Positions 21,483-36,362 are shown, counted from the first letter of the whole stretch. The stretch is DNA of 63,709 nucleotides, filler included, from Octopus bimaculoides (GCF_001194135.2; 8 parts of 8 records of this genome joined end to end with filler, not necessarily neighbours in it), one strand, 5' to 3'. Notes: generated by a model from the letters alone, not told the origin. Translations and numbers: made by a program.

Positions 21483-24400
21483 AGTATTTACATTAAGCAT
21501 ACTGAGATTAAAAAAAAAAAAAAAACATCTTAAGTCAGTGTTGGCTATAATCTCTATAGGAAATCTGTAGAGAATGTCAAGTGATGTAATAGCACTACTA
21601 ACACTGTAGAACACAGTTTGACTTATGAAAACGTTCAATATACATTGTAATATGATTGCATAACAAAATACTGTCATACCAGTCTTCAAATATTTGCACA
21701 TTATAATGGTAAAATGAGATTTCCTGTTCAACTTGGGTAGAGTGAATATCACAAGGAACTTAATTGAGAAGCATCAGTTTGTCTTACCCCCACCTCACTG
21801 ATATACACAAACTAGTAAAATGGTTAAGAAGTTTGCTTTGCAAGCACAAGGGCCCAGGTTCAAATCCCACTGTGTGGCATCATGGTCAAGTAACATTTTC
21901 TGTAGCCTTCGGTTAAGCCCCACTACCCTGTAAGGGGAATTTGTTGGATGGGGGAGAAAAAAAAAAACAAAAAAACAACTTGAGACCACCCCTGCTTTTA
22001 TAACAAAACTTGTAAATTTATTTAAATTAAAATTTTCTATGAACTATAATAGAAGATACCCAAGATATTGCACAGAGGGACTGAACCTGAAACCACATGG
22101 TTGTGCAGCAAGCTTAGCTACACAGCCAAGCCTGCACCTTCACACAAAAAATTAAATGGAAAAAAGGAAATTAAGAAATCCTAAAGAAAAGAAAACAGAA
22201 TTGTTGAGAACAAATTTTATTATTGTTATTTAAGGAGGTCCAGGGATGAGTTTATTACAGATAAACAGCTGGCACAGCCAGTGAGTTAACAAAATGGTCG
22301 AAGGCCACCATGCAAAAGACAAGCATGAAGACAAAGGCACTGACAGTGGGTTTATAGAGAACCAAGATCTTTTCTAAGATTACAACAATAATTAGAATTC
22401 AAGAACGTGATGTTTGTGTTAATGTGTTTTATACATGCATGTGAGTGCTTTTCATGTGCATGTCTTTCTTGCACAACTAACCCACGACTTAATATCATTC
22501 CCCTACTAGTGTTTTAATGCCAGCAAATGGAATGGTAAGCCACAGGGTTTTTTCTTTTCTTTTTTTGTATAAGAACGGTTTCAACATTGATGGAAAACGA
22601 ATAAACAAAGTTTCCAATAATAAACAAGTGTCTAAATGATCTTTTGCTCTTGACAGTGTGTATATTTTACATATATATATATATATATTTACATATATGT
22701 ATGTACACATACTTACATACATATATATACATATATATCCCCAAATATTAAGAATATAAAAATATATAAACCATGTTTACTGACCAACATGCAACTTGAA
22801 AATATAGAATTGTCTCCGATAAATACAGAAATATTTTTTCTTCCACAGTAAACTACACAAAATTTGTGTAACCCAAAAATATTTCACAGAAAAAGATGTA
22901 AAAAAAAAAAAAAAAATAAATAAACTAGTTTAAGAAAAGAAAAGAAATTATTAATGTACCAATGTAAATTGCTAACTAATTTGGTAAAATTATTCCATGC
23001 GGTACCATTTCAAAAGGTTTCACAATTCTTTAAATAAATGAACTTGATGACTAGGATGCCACTGTCAAGATTTTACGTTAACTCCTGGCGGCAGCCAATA
23101 ATAACNNNNNNNNNNNNNNNNNNNNNNNNNNNNNNNNNNNNNNNNNNNNTTAATTAATTAANNNNNNNNNNNNNNNNNNNNNNNNNNNNNNNNNNNNNNN
23201 NNNNNTATATATATATATATATATATATGCTTATGCACATTGATATACTCATATGTATGTATGCATGCATGCATGCATGTATGTCTGTATTTTGTGTCGG
23301 TGCGTTGGACCGTGTATTTATGTACATATAAATAAATATATTATATATAAAGAGTAAAACAGAATTGCAATGAGAGCGAGAATATAAAACGGAACTAATC
23401 AAACAATATACCTCATATATCTTTTTGTGAATATAGATATGTGGCCAGGTTGTGTTTACAATTTCTGTAGAATATCATTGTTATAGCAATTACCATCTTC
23501 TGTGTTGTCCAAAGCCTCTCGTACGCATATAATCCATGCCAGTCTTAAATTTCTTTGCTTTCATATGCACAAAAGTACACACACGCACATACACATACCT
23601 ATAAGTATTATATATTTATATATACTCATTATATGAGTTATATACTATATCAGTACCGCATTGTGAGATCTATCCAGTCATCTCTGTTTCATTGCTCTCT
23701 AGGGCTCCTACGCTTTGGTAAAATATACTTCATCTTTAATGGTAATGGCGCACATTTCCTCGATCATAATAGCAATATATATATATAAACCATTTTATAA
23801 AGTCTGCATCACGTTTTACCATGCAGTTTATTTTAGGATGAAATCTTTTGTAGCACTGAGTTCATTGACCTAGGGAGCTTCTCTCATTAATATATTAACG
23901 ATAAGGTACAACTGCACTTATGTTCTGTTACGAAGATAAATGGTTAACACTATCACATCAGGACATGATAAAATTCTGAAAATTCTAAAACGACATCTTC
24001 AAACTTTTTCATTGAAATAACTATACCCAAAACATGAATATAATCAATTTCTTAGACATTGCACATCACTAAAACACTGTTATTCATTAATCCCACAGGA
24101 AATAGAACGAAACATTATAACGTACATTTGTTTCTCAAACATATTAACAGAGAAATCTGATACATCATCAGATAAAGTATGTTATCAACAAAGGCAACTG
24201 ACATTAGCATAACGCATTAGTTGTAACTGGCAATAGAAGCAAGTTCTGTTGAATATCCTAATTCCTTGGCACATATTGGGAAGTGACGATCAAAATACAT
24301 TGCTCATTGATTACCAAATCTAACATGGAAAATAAATTATCAGACTTTATTGGCAAAGATATCCAGATTAGCTAATGATAAAGCAGCCTAGTAGAAATTA

Positions 24401-26054
24401 TGTAATCACTGTACATAGAATATGAAATGTAAAATTAATAGAACTCATTCCTAAATAACAAGGTTAAAATGGTTGCGATGAAACAAAGATGCAACCTATA
24501 AAGCAGTTAATTAGTGATAAATCCTGCAGTAATTATTTCCGTCGTAAGAAAGAGACTGATGCCTACGCAAACATTAGCAAACACACACATACAAGAAACA
24601 CGCTATAAACACTGTTGATAATATACATCCCACTAGCTGCTCTGAGTTATTTCCCTTAGTTTATTTATCTTCAGTATGTAGACTAAATTTAAACATTTAA
24701 TATACCGTGAAGCAATTCTGCTACCTGAAAATTTAGTGCATATAAAGATTTAAATTTTAAGCAAAAAACAAAATTCTTTTCAGCCGTGGACCAAATATTA
24801 CAATCAAAATTTCTTAGATTGTATACACCAGTAATCACGTATAGATACGGAGGTAGTAAAAGACAGGGTTGCATGCTTTCTGTGTGTATACTACGTGTTA
24901 TTTAGAACCGTGCATACCAATCTCATGGTTTTTGACTTTAATACTACCGTGTAGCACGTTAGGCAGGTGACGTCCACTATAGCTACGAGCGTGGCTTTTG
25001 TGAGCGGAAACTCACAAACACAAATTACACAAAAACAAATATCATTTCATTTGGATTTCGGCTGTAAATTTTCAGATGCACACTGCAAGAATTAACATAA
25101 TTTGCACAGAAGTTTGACCGAGAGTGTATGTAAGCATATGTGTGTGTCAAAGGAAGTTATTTTATGGCATTCTTTCATTTGAAGAACCAAATTTGTCAAC
25201 TTGACGCATATGGGATCATATGATTGTTAGTTAATTTCCGTAAAATTATTTTCATTTCTATATGCTTTGAAGGGAGCGGAGGCGGAGGCGGTGGATGTGG
25301 CGGTGGCGGAGGTGGAGGCAGCGGCGGAGGTGGAGGCAGCGGCGGAGGTGGAGGCNNNNNNNNNNNNNNNNNNNNNNNNNNNNNNNNNNNNNNNNNNNNN
25401 NNNNNNNNNNNNNNNNNNNNNNNNNNNNNNNNNNNNNNNNNNNNNNNNNNNNNNNNNNNNNNNNNNNNNNNNNNNNNNNNNNNNNNNNNNNNNNNNNNNN
25501 NNNNNNNNNNNNNNNNNNNNNNNNNNNNNNNNNNNNNNNNNNNNNNNNNNNNNNNNNNNNNNNNNNNNNNNNNNNNNNNNNNNNNNNNNNNNNNNNNNNN
25601 NNNNNNNNNNNNNNNNNNNNNNNNNNNNNNNNNNNNNNNNNNNNNNNNNNNNNNNNNNNNNNNNNNNNNNNNNNNNNNNNNNNNNNNNNNNNNNNNNNNN
25701 NNNNNNNNNNNNNNNNNNNNNNNNNNNNNGGTGGCGGTGCTTGTTATGGTGGTGGTGGTGGTAAAAGATGTCGTTTACGTTAGATGACTAAATGATAATC
25801 TTAATTTCTTGTAATGCAAATAAGTGAACGGAAATATTGTTTAGCAGGTAGTCAAAAACGAAACTTGGTTTTGAAATGCATAAGGAACACCCGCACGAAT
25901 ACACACATTACCACACACTCACAACTACACACACACACACACACACACATATACGAACTCTCTTTGATATATGTAAGATATATATATATATATATATGCA
26001 TATATATATATATACGTATATAATACGAGCAGTAGTGGCTATGTGGTAAGAAGC

Positions 26055-26280
26055 GGTGAGGTGGCAAAAACATTAGCACGCCGGGCGAAATGCTTAGCGG
26101 TATTTCGTCTGCTGTTACGTTCTGAATTCCAATTCCACTGAGGTCGACTTTGCCTTTCATCCTTTCGGGGTCGATAAATTAAGTAGCAGTTACGCACTGG
26201 GGTCGATGTAATCTACTTAATCTCTTTGTCTGTCCTTGTTTGTCCCCTCTATGTCTAGCCCCTTGTGGGCAATGAAGAAA
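26055..26280 (+). mobile_element. SINE family C nested in a family A SINE with 8-bp TSD
   Basis: taagaagc at 26047-26054 and 26281-26288. Removing the insert restores gtggctatgtggtaagaagcttgcttacc. Confidence 0.85.
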
Positions 26281-26862
26281 TAAGAAGCTTGCTTACCAGC
26301 TACATGGTTCGGGTTCAGTGGATTTGGTAGACGGAAATGGAAAAAAGCCCGTAGTGGGGCTGTCTATCATGGTAACGCGTGCTGAGAAAGGTGAAGATAT
26401 TATGCCAGTCCAGAAACCAGTCCATGTGAGTCCAAATACTTGAATATATACTGAGACATTGTCATAGTCCGTTTGCCTTCGGACGGTTGATTTCTGTAGT
26501 TATTATCAGTGTATCTTAGCGATTTAAATAAGCGTTTTGACTGTCACTTCCAGCAGGTAGACATACATGGTATGTCATTTGATTAATTTTAATCCTTCGT
26601 CTATGTGTGTGTGTGTCTCTCTGTTTGTGTCTGTGTGTTTTACATGTCTGTGTTTGTCCCCTATCCTCGCTTGACAACCGATGTTGGTGTGATTACGTCC
26701 CCGTATTTTAGCGGTTTGGCAAAAGAGACCGATAGAATAACTACTAAACTAACAAAGAATAATTCCTGGGGTCGATTTGTTCGACAAAAAACGCCGTGCT
26801 CCAGCATGGCCGCATACAAATGACCGAAACAAATAAAAGAATAAAAGAATATAATTAAATAT

Positions 26863-26949
26863 GGGCATATGGCGTAGTGGTTAAGAGCGCGGGCTACTAG
26901 CCCCAAGATTACGAGTTCGATTCCAAGCAGTGACCTGAACAGTAATAAT

Positions 26950-26987
<38 letters not shown>

Positions 26988-27192
26988 TAATAATAATAAC
27001 ATCGAAAAATACCTTAGGAATGAGAACACAGGTTCGAAATTTCCCCAAGACACTTGAAGAAGGCTGGAGAGTATATCAGCCGAAACGTTGTGTTAACAAC
27101 AAACAAGATGAGGACAAATGTCCGTCGAATGTAAATAATCTAAATAATGTAAATAATGTACACAATTCCTCATCTCTTAAATATAGAACTGT
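26863..27192 (+). mobile_element. Composite element: tRNA-like head, (TAA)n, hammerhead-bearing tail
   Basis: A-box TGGCGTAGTGG (26870-80), B-box GAGTTCGATTCC (26913-24), (TAA)n at 26943-27000, hammerhead at 27049-27094. Confidence 0.7.
27049..27094 (+). ncRNA. Minimal type I hammerhead (U3 variant)
   Basis: GACAC-UUGAAGA-A-GGCUG-gagaguauau-CAGCC-GAA-ACGU-U-GUGUU. Palindromic ACGU helix III; GUU triplet. Confidence 0.72.
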
Positions 27193-28731
27193 ATATCCAT
27201 TATAGTTATTAGTAAGTGATGTCGATTACAACTGAACTATTTGGGATCTTTGAGTTGAACCCAGCGATCTCAGTTCTTTATTTCCGCAAGAGTAGTACTT
27301 TTCTTCAGATATTGTATTCAGTGAGAGTCTAGAATTTCGTCTCCAGATATGATATGATTAATCAAGGTTTTTGAAACTATAAATGATTGGCAGGAATGTA
27401 TATCAATGAAACCTAGGTATCGATTTATTGAAAATATGATAAGTATACATGTAAGTGTGCTCCATGTTTTAAACTCATCTCATTCTAAGTGGATTGTTAT
27501 ATTGTTATATACAAATAATTATTTATTAAACCAATGCATGTGCTTCCCTTGCTTAATTTAACAAAAGAGCTACTGCATTTCACGCGTAGATATTTTCACT
27601 GAACAACAATATTTTACTTTTCTTCAATACACAAATGCATATAAACACATACAGGCATACTAACAATAAGCATCATCTCTGTAGTTACTCAACGTGTATC
27701 AAACAGTTTTCCCTGCAGAACGTACGCGAATATAATTTGACTAGAATCGATTGTTCATACAACAATGACTAAGAGTGTTCTACAGTTTTCGCCCGCTGAG
27801 TGTTGTTTATGGATGTTGATTGAGTAAAAGACCTCGACTTTATGTATTTGCATATTATTATATTCCATGGCAGGGTGCAGTAAATAACTAAAGAATTGTG
27901 AGAGCAAATATATTGACAAACTTAAAAGAAGTTAACAAGTACAACTTTAATTTCCATACAGTCACCCTCGATGTCTGAATAGAAATTACAGCTGTTCATC
28001 AAATATATACATGGAGATTAACCACACATTACGCTTAAAGACTTTATCAAAATAGTTCAGAAATGTGATACAGAAGAACGGTAAAAGTACTAATGTGACC
28101 TTCAGGTATCTGTTTCTCACGGAGTTTTCAAAAGTATGTCAGAGTTACAACCTCGGGTTACAGATCGAGGCTTTTGCGGGTTATATACTGGCATCAGCCA
28201 GTCGACTGCAAACCGGTTCTTCAAGGTTCACAGTCCAGAGACTAATTTCATCTTCAGATTGGTAACATATTTGTTAAAAGTGAAATTATCGTTTGTTTTA
28301 TCTTTCAATTGATTCAGGCATTACATTACGGCCTGGCTATAGCATTGCCTTGAAGAGTGTGTTAGTCGAAAGAATCGACTCGGCTAATTTTTAAAAACTT
28401 AATACTAGTACCGAACCTCTTATCTGGAATCTAGAAATCCGGAATTACCAGAAATCCGGCTATCTTTTTAAACTGGCTACCTTTGAATTTCGCGGGCTGT
28501 AGTAGGTCTCCGTGCGGCTGCTTTCTTAGTTTTTAAGAATTTTAAGTGCCTTAATAATGATCGAAGTGACCCTGCACATTAGAAAATTATTACTTTGTAT
28601 ATTTCATACAATTGTGTTCTTTATTATCTATTCCAGAAAAAATAATGCCCATATTTTTGGGACGCCCCATGTTGAATTGCAAAATTTTAACGTGATATTT
28701 GTGTAATAAAGAATCAAAACTGGAGTTTGTA

Positions 28732-28794
<63 letters not shown>

Positions 28795-30619
28795 ATATAT
28801 AATTTATATATATATCGAATCTTCTGTTTGTATACGTATATGGGTCTTCATATAACCATATATTATGCACTATATATGTAGAAAGCCATGTATGCCCATG
28901 CAATCACATGAACCGAGAAAGGCCTACGCACATATATACAGATATACACCCACCCAATAATTACACACATGTAAAACCACATATGTCCTTGTGTATGCAT
29001 ATGTACTTGTCAACGTATATCTTTGTATGCAGTTAAAAATGTGAGAAGATCCGAATATTTGCGTATTTATCTCCTGATTCCGCATTCTTGTTTTAATATA
29101 TAGCAATAAGGTATACTTTCATTCTTTGTATTAACTTCTTTATTATTTGATCTAAAGGAACTTTCTGACATTTACCAATACTGAAATGTCAAGTAGAATA
29201 TGGTAACATTACAGCCAATAAATCTTTGCCTTGCTTCGTACAGCAATAGAAACATACAACGTTTGGTTTGTGTGCGTAGCAGTAGATTTAGTAAATTTAT
29301 GCATGTATGTATGTATGTATGTATATGTATATATGTGTGTGTGTTTGTGAGTGCATCAAAAATATCGCTATCAATCTGGAGTAATAATTTGTAGTTTTGA
29401 AATCAGTAGTTCTTTGACTGCTATNNNNNNNNNNNNNNNNNNNNNNNNNNNNNNNNNNNNNNNNNNNNNNNNNNNNNNNNNNNNNNNNNNNNNNNNNNNN
29501 NNNNNNNNNNNNNNNNNNNNNNNNNNNNNNNNNNNNNNNNNNNNNNNNNNNNNNNNNNNNNNNNNNNNNNNNNNNNNNNNNNNNNNNNNNNNNNNNNNNN
29601 NNNNNNNNNNNNNNNNNNNNNNNNNNNNNNNNNNNNNNNNNNNNNNNNNNNNNNNNNNNNNNNNNNNNNNNNNNNNNNNNNNNNNNNNNNNNNNNNNNNN
29701 NNNNNNNNNNNNNNNNNNNNNNNNNNNNNNNNNNNNNNNNNNNNNNNNNNNNNNNNNNNNNNNNNNNNNNNNNNNNNNNNNNNNNNNNNNNNNNNNNNNN
29801 NNNNNNNNNNNNNNNNNNNNNNNNNNNNNNNNNNNNNNNNNNNNNNNNNNNNNNNNNNNNNNNNNNNNNNNNNNNNNNNNNNNNNNNNNNNNNNNNNNNN
29901 NNNNNNNNNNNNNNNNNNNNNNNNNNNNNNNNNNNNNNNNNNNNNNNNNNNNNNNNNNNNNNNNNNNNNNNNNNNNNNNNNNNNNNNNNNNNNNNNNNNN
30001 NNNNNNNNNNNNNNNNNNNNNNNNNNNNNNNNNNNNNNNNNNNNNNNNNNNNNNNNNNNNNNNNNNNNNNNNNNNNNNNNNNNNNNNNNNNNNNNNNNNN
30101 NNNNNNNNNNNNNNNNNNNNNNNNNNNNNNNNNNNNNNNNNNNNNNNNNNNNNNNNNNNNNNATATATATATATATATATATACGTTTAATTGTATGTGA
30201 TAGCATCAGATGCATGATCGACTGCTTGTGTGCTTACATGCATGTGGCAATGTATATAAATGCTGCAATCACTATGTATCTGTCAAACTATGTGTACGTA
30301 AGTCGCTATACAAAACTAAGTATTTAGATAAATAATCCTTTCACTATATGTGTTAGTATGTACGTACGTATACGTGTAAACACATGAAAAGATAGATAGG
30401 CAGTTAGACAGATGGATAGATAGATACAGAAGTAGATATACAGACAGATCGACGGACAGACGGAGACGGTCAGACAGATAGGTAGATAGATAAATAGATA
30501 GATAAACAGACGGACAGACTGACAGGCAGATATATAGATAGATACATACATACATACATACATACATACATAAATAGTTACGTTGATGAAACCATACGTA
30601 GCTACATACATAGCTCAAA

Positions 30620-30794
30620 AATGTCATCACGGTATTACCTACCTATGAGACATGATGTTGTAGCCAATACACTGTATAATGAAATCCGCCGACAGGATAA
30701 CCCCGGGGCTAAGGAGATGAAAACCCATAATGAGGTAGAGGCCATTACCACTCACAATATGAAAGAGTATTGGTGGAATATCCCAATAAAAACC
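30620..30794 (+). mobile_element. RLE-type LINE fragment (post-zinc-knuckle RHD region)
   Basis: YYLPMRHDVVANTLYNEIRRQDNP...EYWWNIPIKT, running into a gap. Confidence 0.6.
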
Positions 30795-31632
30795 NNNNNN
30801 NNNNNNNNNNNNNNNNNNNNNNNNNNNNNNNNNNNNNNNNNNNNNNNNNNNNNNNNNNNNNNNNNNNNNNNNNNNNNNNNNNNNNNNNNNNNNNNNNNNN
30901 NNNNNNNNNNNNNNNNNNNNNNNNNNNNNNNNNNNNNNNNNNNNNNNNNNNNNNNNNNNNNNNNNNNNNNNNNNNNNNNNNNNNNNNNNNNNNNNNNNNN
31001 NNNNNNNNNNNNNNNNNNNNNNNNNNNNNNNNNNNNNNNNNNNNNNNNNNNNNNNNNNNNNNNNNNNNNNNNNNNNNNNNNNNNNNNNNNNNNNNNNNNN
31101 NNNNNNNNNNNNNNNNNNNNNNNNNNNNNNNNNNNNNNNNNNNNNNNNNNNNNNNNNNNNNNNNNNNNNNNNNNNNNNNNNNNNNNNNNNNNNNNNNNNN
31201 NNNNNNNNNNNNNNNNNNNNNNNNNNNNNNNNNNNNNNNNNNNNNNNNNNNNNNNNNNNNNNNNNNNNNNNNNNNNNNNNNNNNNNNNNNNNNNNNNNNN
31301 NNNNNNNNNNNNNNNNNNNNNNNNNNNNNNNNNNNNNNNNNNNNNNNNNNNNNNNNNNNNNNNNNNNNNNNNNNNNNNNNNNNNNNNNNNNNNNNNNNNN
31401 NNNNNNNNNNNNNNNNNNNNNNNNNNNNNNNNNNNNNNNNNNNNNNNNNNNNNNNNNNNNNNNNNNNNNNNNNNNNNNNNNNNNNNNNNNNNNNNNNNNN
31501 NNNNNNNNNNNNNNNNNNNNNNNNNNNNNNNNNNNNNNNATATCCTCGGAGGTACATAATAGATATCCGTTTCCACTCGTATTATTTTATATATTTATTT
31601 GTTCATGCATTGTTTTTTATTATTATTGTCAC

Positions 31633-31680
<48 letters not shown>

Positions 31681-31823
31681 TATTATTATTACATTTACAT
31701 TGTCCGTTGTCTTCATCTTTTAACATTCTTACCATCGTTGCTGTGGCCACGGACATCAGCAGTAGCATCACCACAAGATCAGCAGCAGGAGCTGCAGCAG
31801 CAGCAGTTGAAGAAGCAATAGCC

Positions 31824-31889
<66 letters not shown>

Positions 31890-32132
31890 CCCTGATCTTG
31901 ATGTAAATATGAATAAAACTCGAACTTTTTTTTTTATCGTGATTTTGCTATTCATTTTGTTCGTAATATTCTTTTTTTTTTTCTCTTCTATGTTTGCTAA
32001 AGATATTTAAAGGAAAAGAAACAAAATCTTCACAGAAATGCAAATAAAAAAAAATAAAAACAAAGCTACTTAACAATATAGAAGATTAGAAACTGGTCAA
32101 ATCTGTGTACGTTTACTGTATGCTTATTATTA

Positions 32133-32191
<59 letters not shown>

Positions 32192-32200
32192 ATTATTATT

Positions 32201-32323
<123 letters not shown>

Positions 32324-33735
32324 GTTATTGTTCTTGTTTTTGTTGTTATCAATATTTCTTTTTTCTATTATCGTTGCTGTTGTTGTTCAGGAAGGTTCTG
32401 GAAGTGGTGTTGGTGGTGGTGGTGGTGGTTATGGCGGTGGTTTGGGGTTCGTGCTATGGTGCTGGTGCTGGCGCTGGTGCTGGCGCTGGTGCTGGCTGTG
32501 ATGTCGGTGACGGTGGTCGTGGTCGTGGTTGGTGTGATGATCGCCGTCGTCGTCGTTTTCATGGTGGTGAGGTGGTTTTAGATGTTGTGTTGGTTGTGGT
32601 CTTCGTGGAACTGATGGTGGTGGAGGTTATGGTTGTAGTGGTGCCGTTGCTGATTGTGCAGGTGGTTCTGTTCTACTAGTAGTATTTTATTATTATTAAT
32701 ACATTTCTCATGACTATTATTATCAATATTATTATCATCGTTATTCTATGTTACTATAGGTTTTCCCTCTACTTTTCTGAAAATTTTTCTTTCATATTTT
32801 TTTTCATATCAGTAAACAGTAAAACAACGCAAAGAGAAAAAAAAAACAAAGAAATAAATTAATAAACTAACCTTAAAACTAATGGCCGCCATATTTCGCC
32901 TAAAACAAAAAAGACATAAAATGTCAAGATATTTGTAGAAATATTCATGTCAATGTGAGAGAAAATAGATTAACTGTCATTCCAAGACTGCTGAAGAGAT
33001 AAATCAGAAAGAGATAATCTCATGTTCAACGTGTTCAGTTATTACGTCATGGTATACCTCAATACCTATTCATCATTCACAAGTCACTTTTTAATAAAAT
33101 GTGCATAGAAATAGCGCGGGTGAGATGAATAAGAGAAATAATGAAATAAACAAAGGAAAACGAGGCTTATTAAACTATGGCGGAAGTGACAGCTTTTATA
33201 CCCATGTTGTTTTAGTAGCTCCAGTAAGGAAAGTGAAATGTTGTATATGTATATAAATATATATATATATATATATACATATATATNNNNNNNNNNNNNN
33301 NNNNNNNNNNNNNNNNNNNNNNNNNNNNNNNNNNNNNNNNNNNNNNNNNNNNNNNNNNNNNNNNNNNNNNNNNNNNNNNNNNNNNNNNNNNNNNNNNNNN
33401 NNNNNNNNNNNNNNNNNNNNNNNNNNNNNNNNNNNNNNNNNNNNNNNNNNNNNNNNNNNNNNNNNNNNNNNNNNNNNNNNNNNNNNNNNNNNNNNNNNNN
33501 NNNNNNNNNNNNNNNNNNNNNNNNNNNNNNNNNNNNNNNNNNNNNNNNNNNNNNNNNNNNNNNNNNNNNNNNNNNNNNNNNNNNNNNNNNNNNNNNNNNN
33601 NNNNNNNNNNNNNNNNNNNNNNNNNNNNNNNNNNNNNNNNNNNNNNNNNNNNNNNNNNNNNNNNNNNNNNNNNNNNNNNNNNNNNNNNNNNNNNNNNNNN
33701 NNNNTATATATATATATATCAATCTATAGAGACAA

Positions 33736-33804
<69 letters not shown>

Positions 33805-35026
33805 GAGGTTTATGCACACGTATACCCTTATATATGTTTACGTATATGCATGCATATAAATATGTATACAAGTCTGTGAGCTTACGTGTGTGTGTGTAGT
33901 GTTATGTTCATGTGTGTATGTGTCCGTATGTATATAACTCCCTGAATGAGCGTTCTAATAGTAAATAAACGGCCCTAACCAGATTTTGATTTAAAATAAC
34001 ATTAGAACCATAAAGTACAACAAACTTATAAAAAATAACTCAACACACACATATAAATGAAATAAATGTCTATCGCGTATTTTTTATTGCTAACGGAATA
34101 CATTCTACTATTCTGGAAATCCTATAATTCTCTCTGAGCTATAACTATAGCAAAATGGTTACTGTTTTTCTAAACAACATAAGGGAAGTACTTTTAAAAT
34201 GTTGATTTTGTTGTTCTTTCAACGTAACACTGAATTTCGTGCTATTACTCACTGTTTATTGCACGGAACGTGATCCGTTTTATCGAATACAAAACTGATC
34301 TACTACCGTCGACGTTTCAGTGTAAAGTATTTTTGGAGGCGTCTGTCCTGCTGGAATTTCTCGCTGATGATTCATTGTTTACAGTAATATTCATAGTTAT
34401 TTGTAGTTTTTACCCTCTTTTTTCTTTTTTAAACTTTAACTCAACTAAGATATGATAAAATGCAAAATGTTTATTTTTCACTGCATCTTCCAACATTTAT
34501 GAAGACATTGTGTGAATTGAGATTTTAGTAGGTTTCCAGAAGGCCAGGTGTTTGTTTTCTAATTTATCGCATGAAAGAGAAATCGTACATACGGATATTT
34601 GAGTAGTAAATACAATTAATCAAGAATATATAGTTTGTTCACAACTGTAACAAATTTTCTTCCAGGCGTATTAACAGGGGCTGCTATATACATAAAAAAA
34701 CAAGAACTAAGGCAGCAAAAACAGGAGAGCAAAGAATTATATGACTGATTTCCATCCTATTCTACAGCAACTAAAAAAGTCAGCCTTCTGAAGTTGATAT
34801 CTACATAAACTTTAATGTAGACCATATAAATATATGCTTTGTTTAACAGTATCTGTAGAAATATATTCAAATCATAAACTTCCTCCATTTAATTTACTGA
34901 AGATCATCTCGCCAGTGCTGACGACGACCGGTATACATTAACCATTATTTTCCTGACGTCAACCAGTGTTTTTCTTCCCAACCAGATGCTTCCGTCTTCA
35001 ATCCCACAGATCGGCACATTTCGGGA

Positions 35027-35059
<33 letters not shown>

Positions 35060-35074
<15 letters not shown>

Positions 35075-35352
35075 TGAGAAAGTTCGTATGTGAAAGCACG
35101 TGATTTGATGTATAAAAGATAATAAGAGTGAAAAAACTACAGAAGGCTTGTGTTACATGAGTGTCAGAACAAAATACTAGAGACTAAAGACTACAAGAAC
35201 TCAAAAACACACTAATTGACAAACACTACCCAGTTCAACTCATAGAAAAATTAACATAGAAAACTTAAGAAAAGTTAAACACAGCAACACACCTTCCCCG
35301 AAAATACTGCCGTACATATCCACATACAACCCCAGAAACAAAGAAGCCTTCA
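35060..35352 (+). mobile_element. Penelope-like element fragment (RT-to-endonuclease linker)
   Basis: LKTHLIDKHYPVQLIEK...KILPYISTYNPRNKEAF. Confidence 0.55.
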
Positions 35353-36119
35353 NNNNNNNNNNNNNNNNNNNNNNNNNNNNNNNNNNNNNNNNNNNNTTAA
35401 TTAATTAANNNNNNNNNNNNNNNNNNNNNNNNNNNNNNNNNNNNNNNNNNNNATATATATATATATATATATAGATATATATATACACACACACATATAC
35501 ACTCATACATATGTACATGCATGCATATAGGCACACACGCCTCTAAGGTTAAGTGTGTTTATCTGTGTATATATATGTGTTTGTGTGTGTGTGTATGTGA
35601 GTGTATTTGTGTATACAAATAGATAGATATGTATGTATGTACATGTGTGCGCACGTATGTATGTGTGGAAATACGTGCGTGCGTTGTATGGACGTGTGCA
35701 TGCAAGAATCTACGTAAGTCGGTGTCATGCGACCACTATTTATATTATAGGATATATTACGTTTGTGAAGAGTTTACTGTCAGAAAATAAGGCAATATTG
35801 TCTTGTTTTGTGACTATGTACTGAGTGAGATGTACTATAATATCGAAAGATGTCAATCTTTTCTAGTTTACCGGCGCGTAGAACCTAATAAGATCTCTGG
35901 TGCAGATAGGGAATTATTTGCGGGTTCATGTGTTGAATAATGCGGTTGAATGGAGGGAAACGACAAATAAGATCACAGACATCAACTTTTCAAGTGTTGA
36001 CACCGATACCGTCAACCTTAACAACCTCATCGATTTTGCAATCTATCAAAAGTTCGTTGACATTAGCGACGCCGTTGTTAAAATCCTCAGAAGCAATGTC
36101 GTCATCAAGTGCAATACTC

Positions 36120-36172
<53 letters not shown>

Positions 36173-36305
36173 CCACTAAGATTATCTTTGTGATACATAT
36201 CGTATTGTCGTATTCCCTGGTGGTGTCCTACACCTCGTGGCTATAATTGTTATCATCATCTCTTGCAGTAGCTGTAGCAACAAAAAGGGCAACAACAGTC
36301 AATAA

Positions 36306-36362
<57 letters not shown>

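Noticed and set aside
26863-26935. Functional tRNA gene
   Set aside because: A and B boxes are present, but there is no acceptor stem or proper anticodon loop; it is a SINE head.
32984-33020. CUGAAGA...GAAA hammerhead-like string
   Set aside because: No A15.1-U16.1 pair with a valid NUH site and no helix I.
35900-36193. 97-aa ORF with non-trivial composition
   Set aside because: Looks like a decayed trinucleotide repeat running into (AAT)n; no domain recognised.
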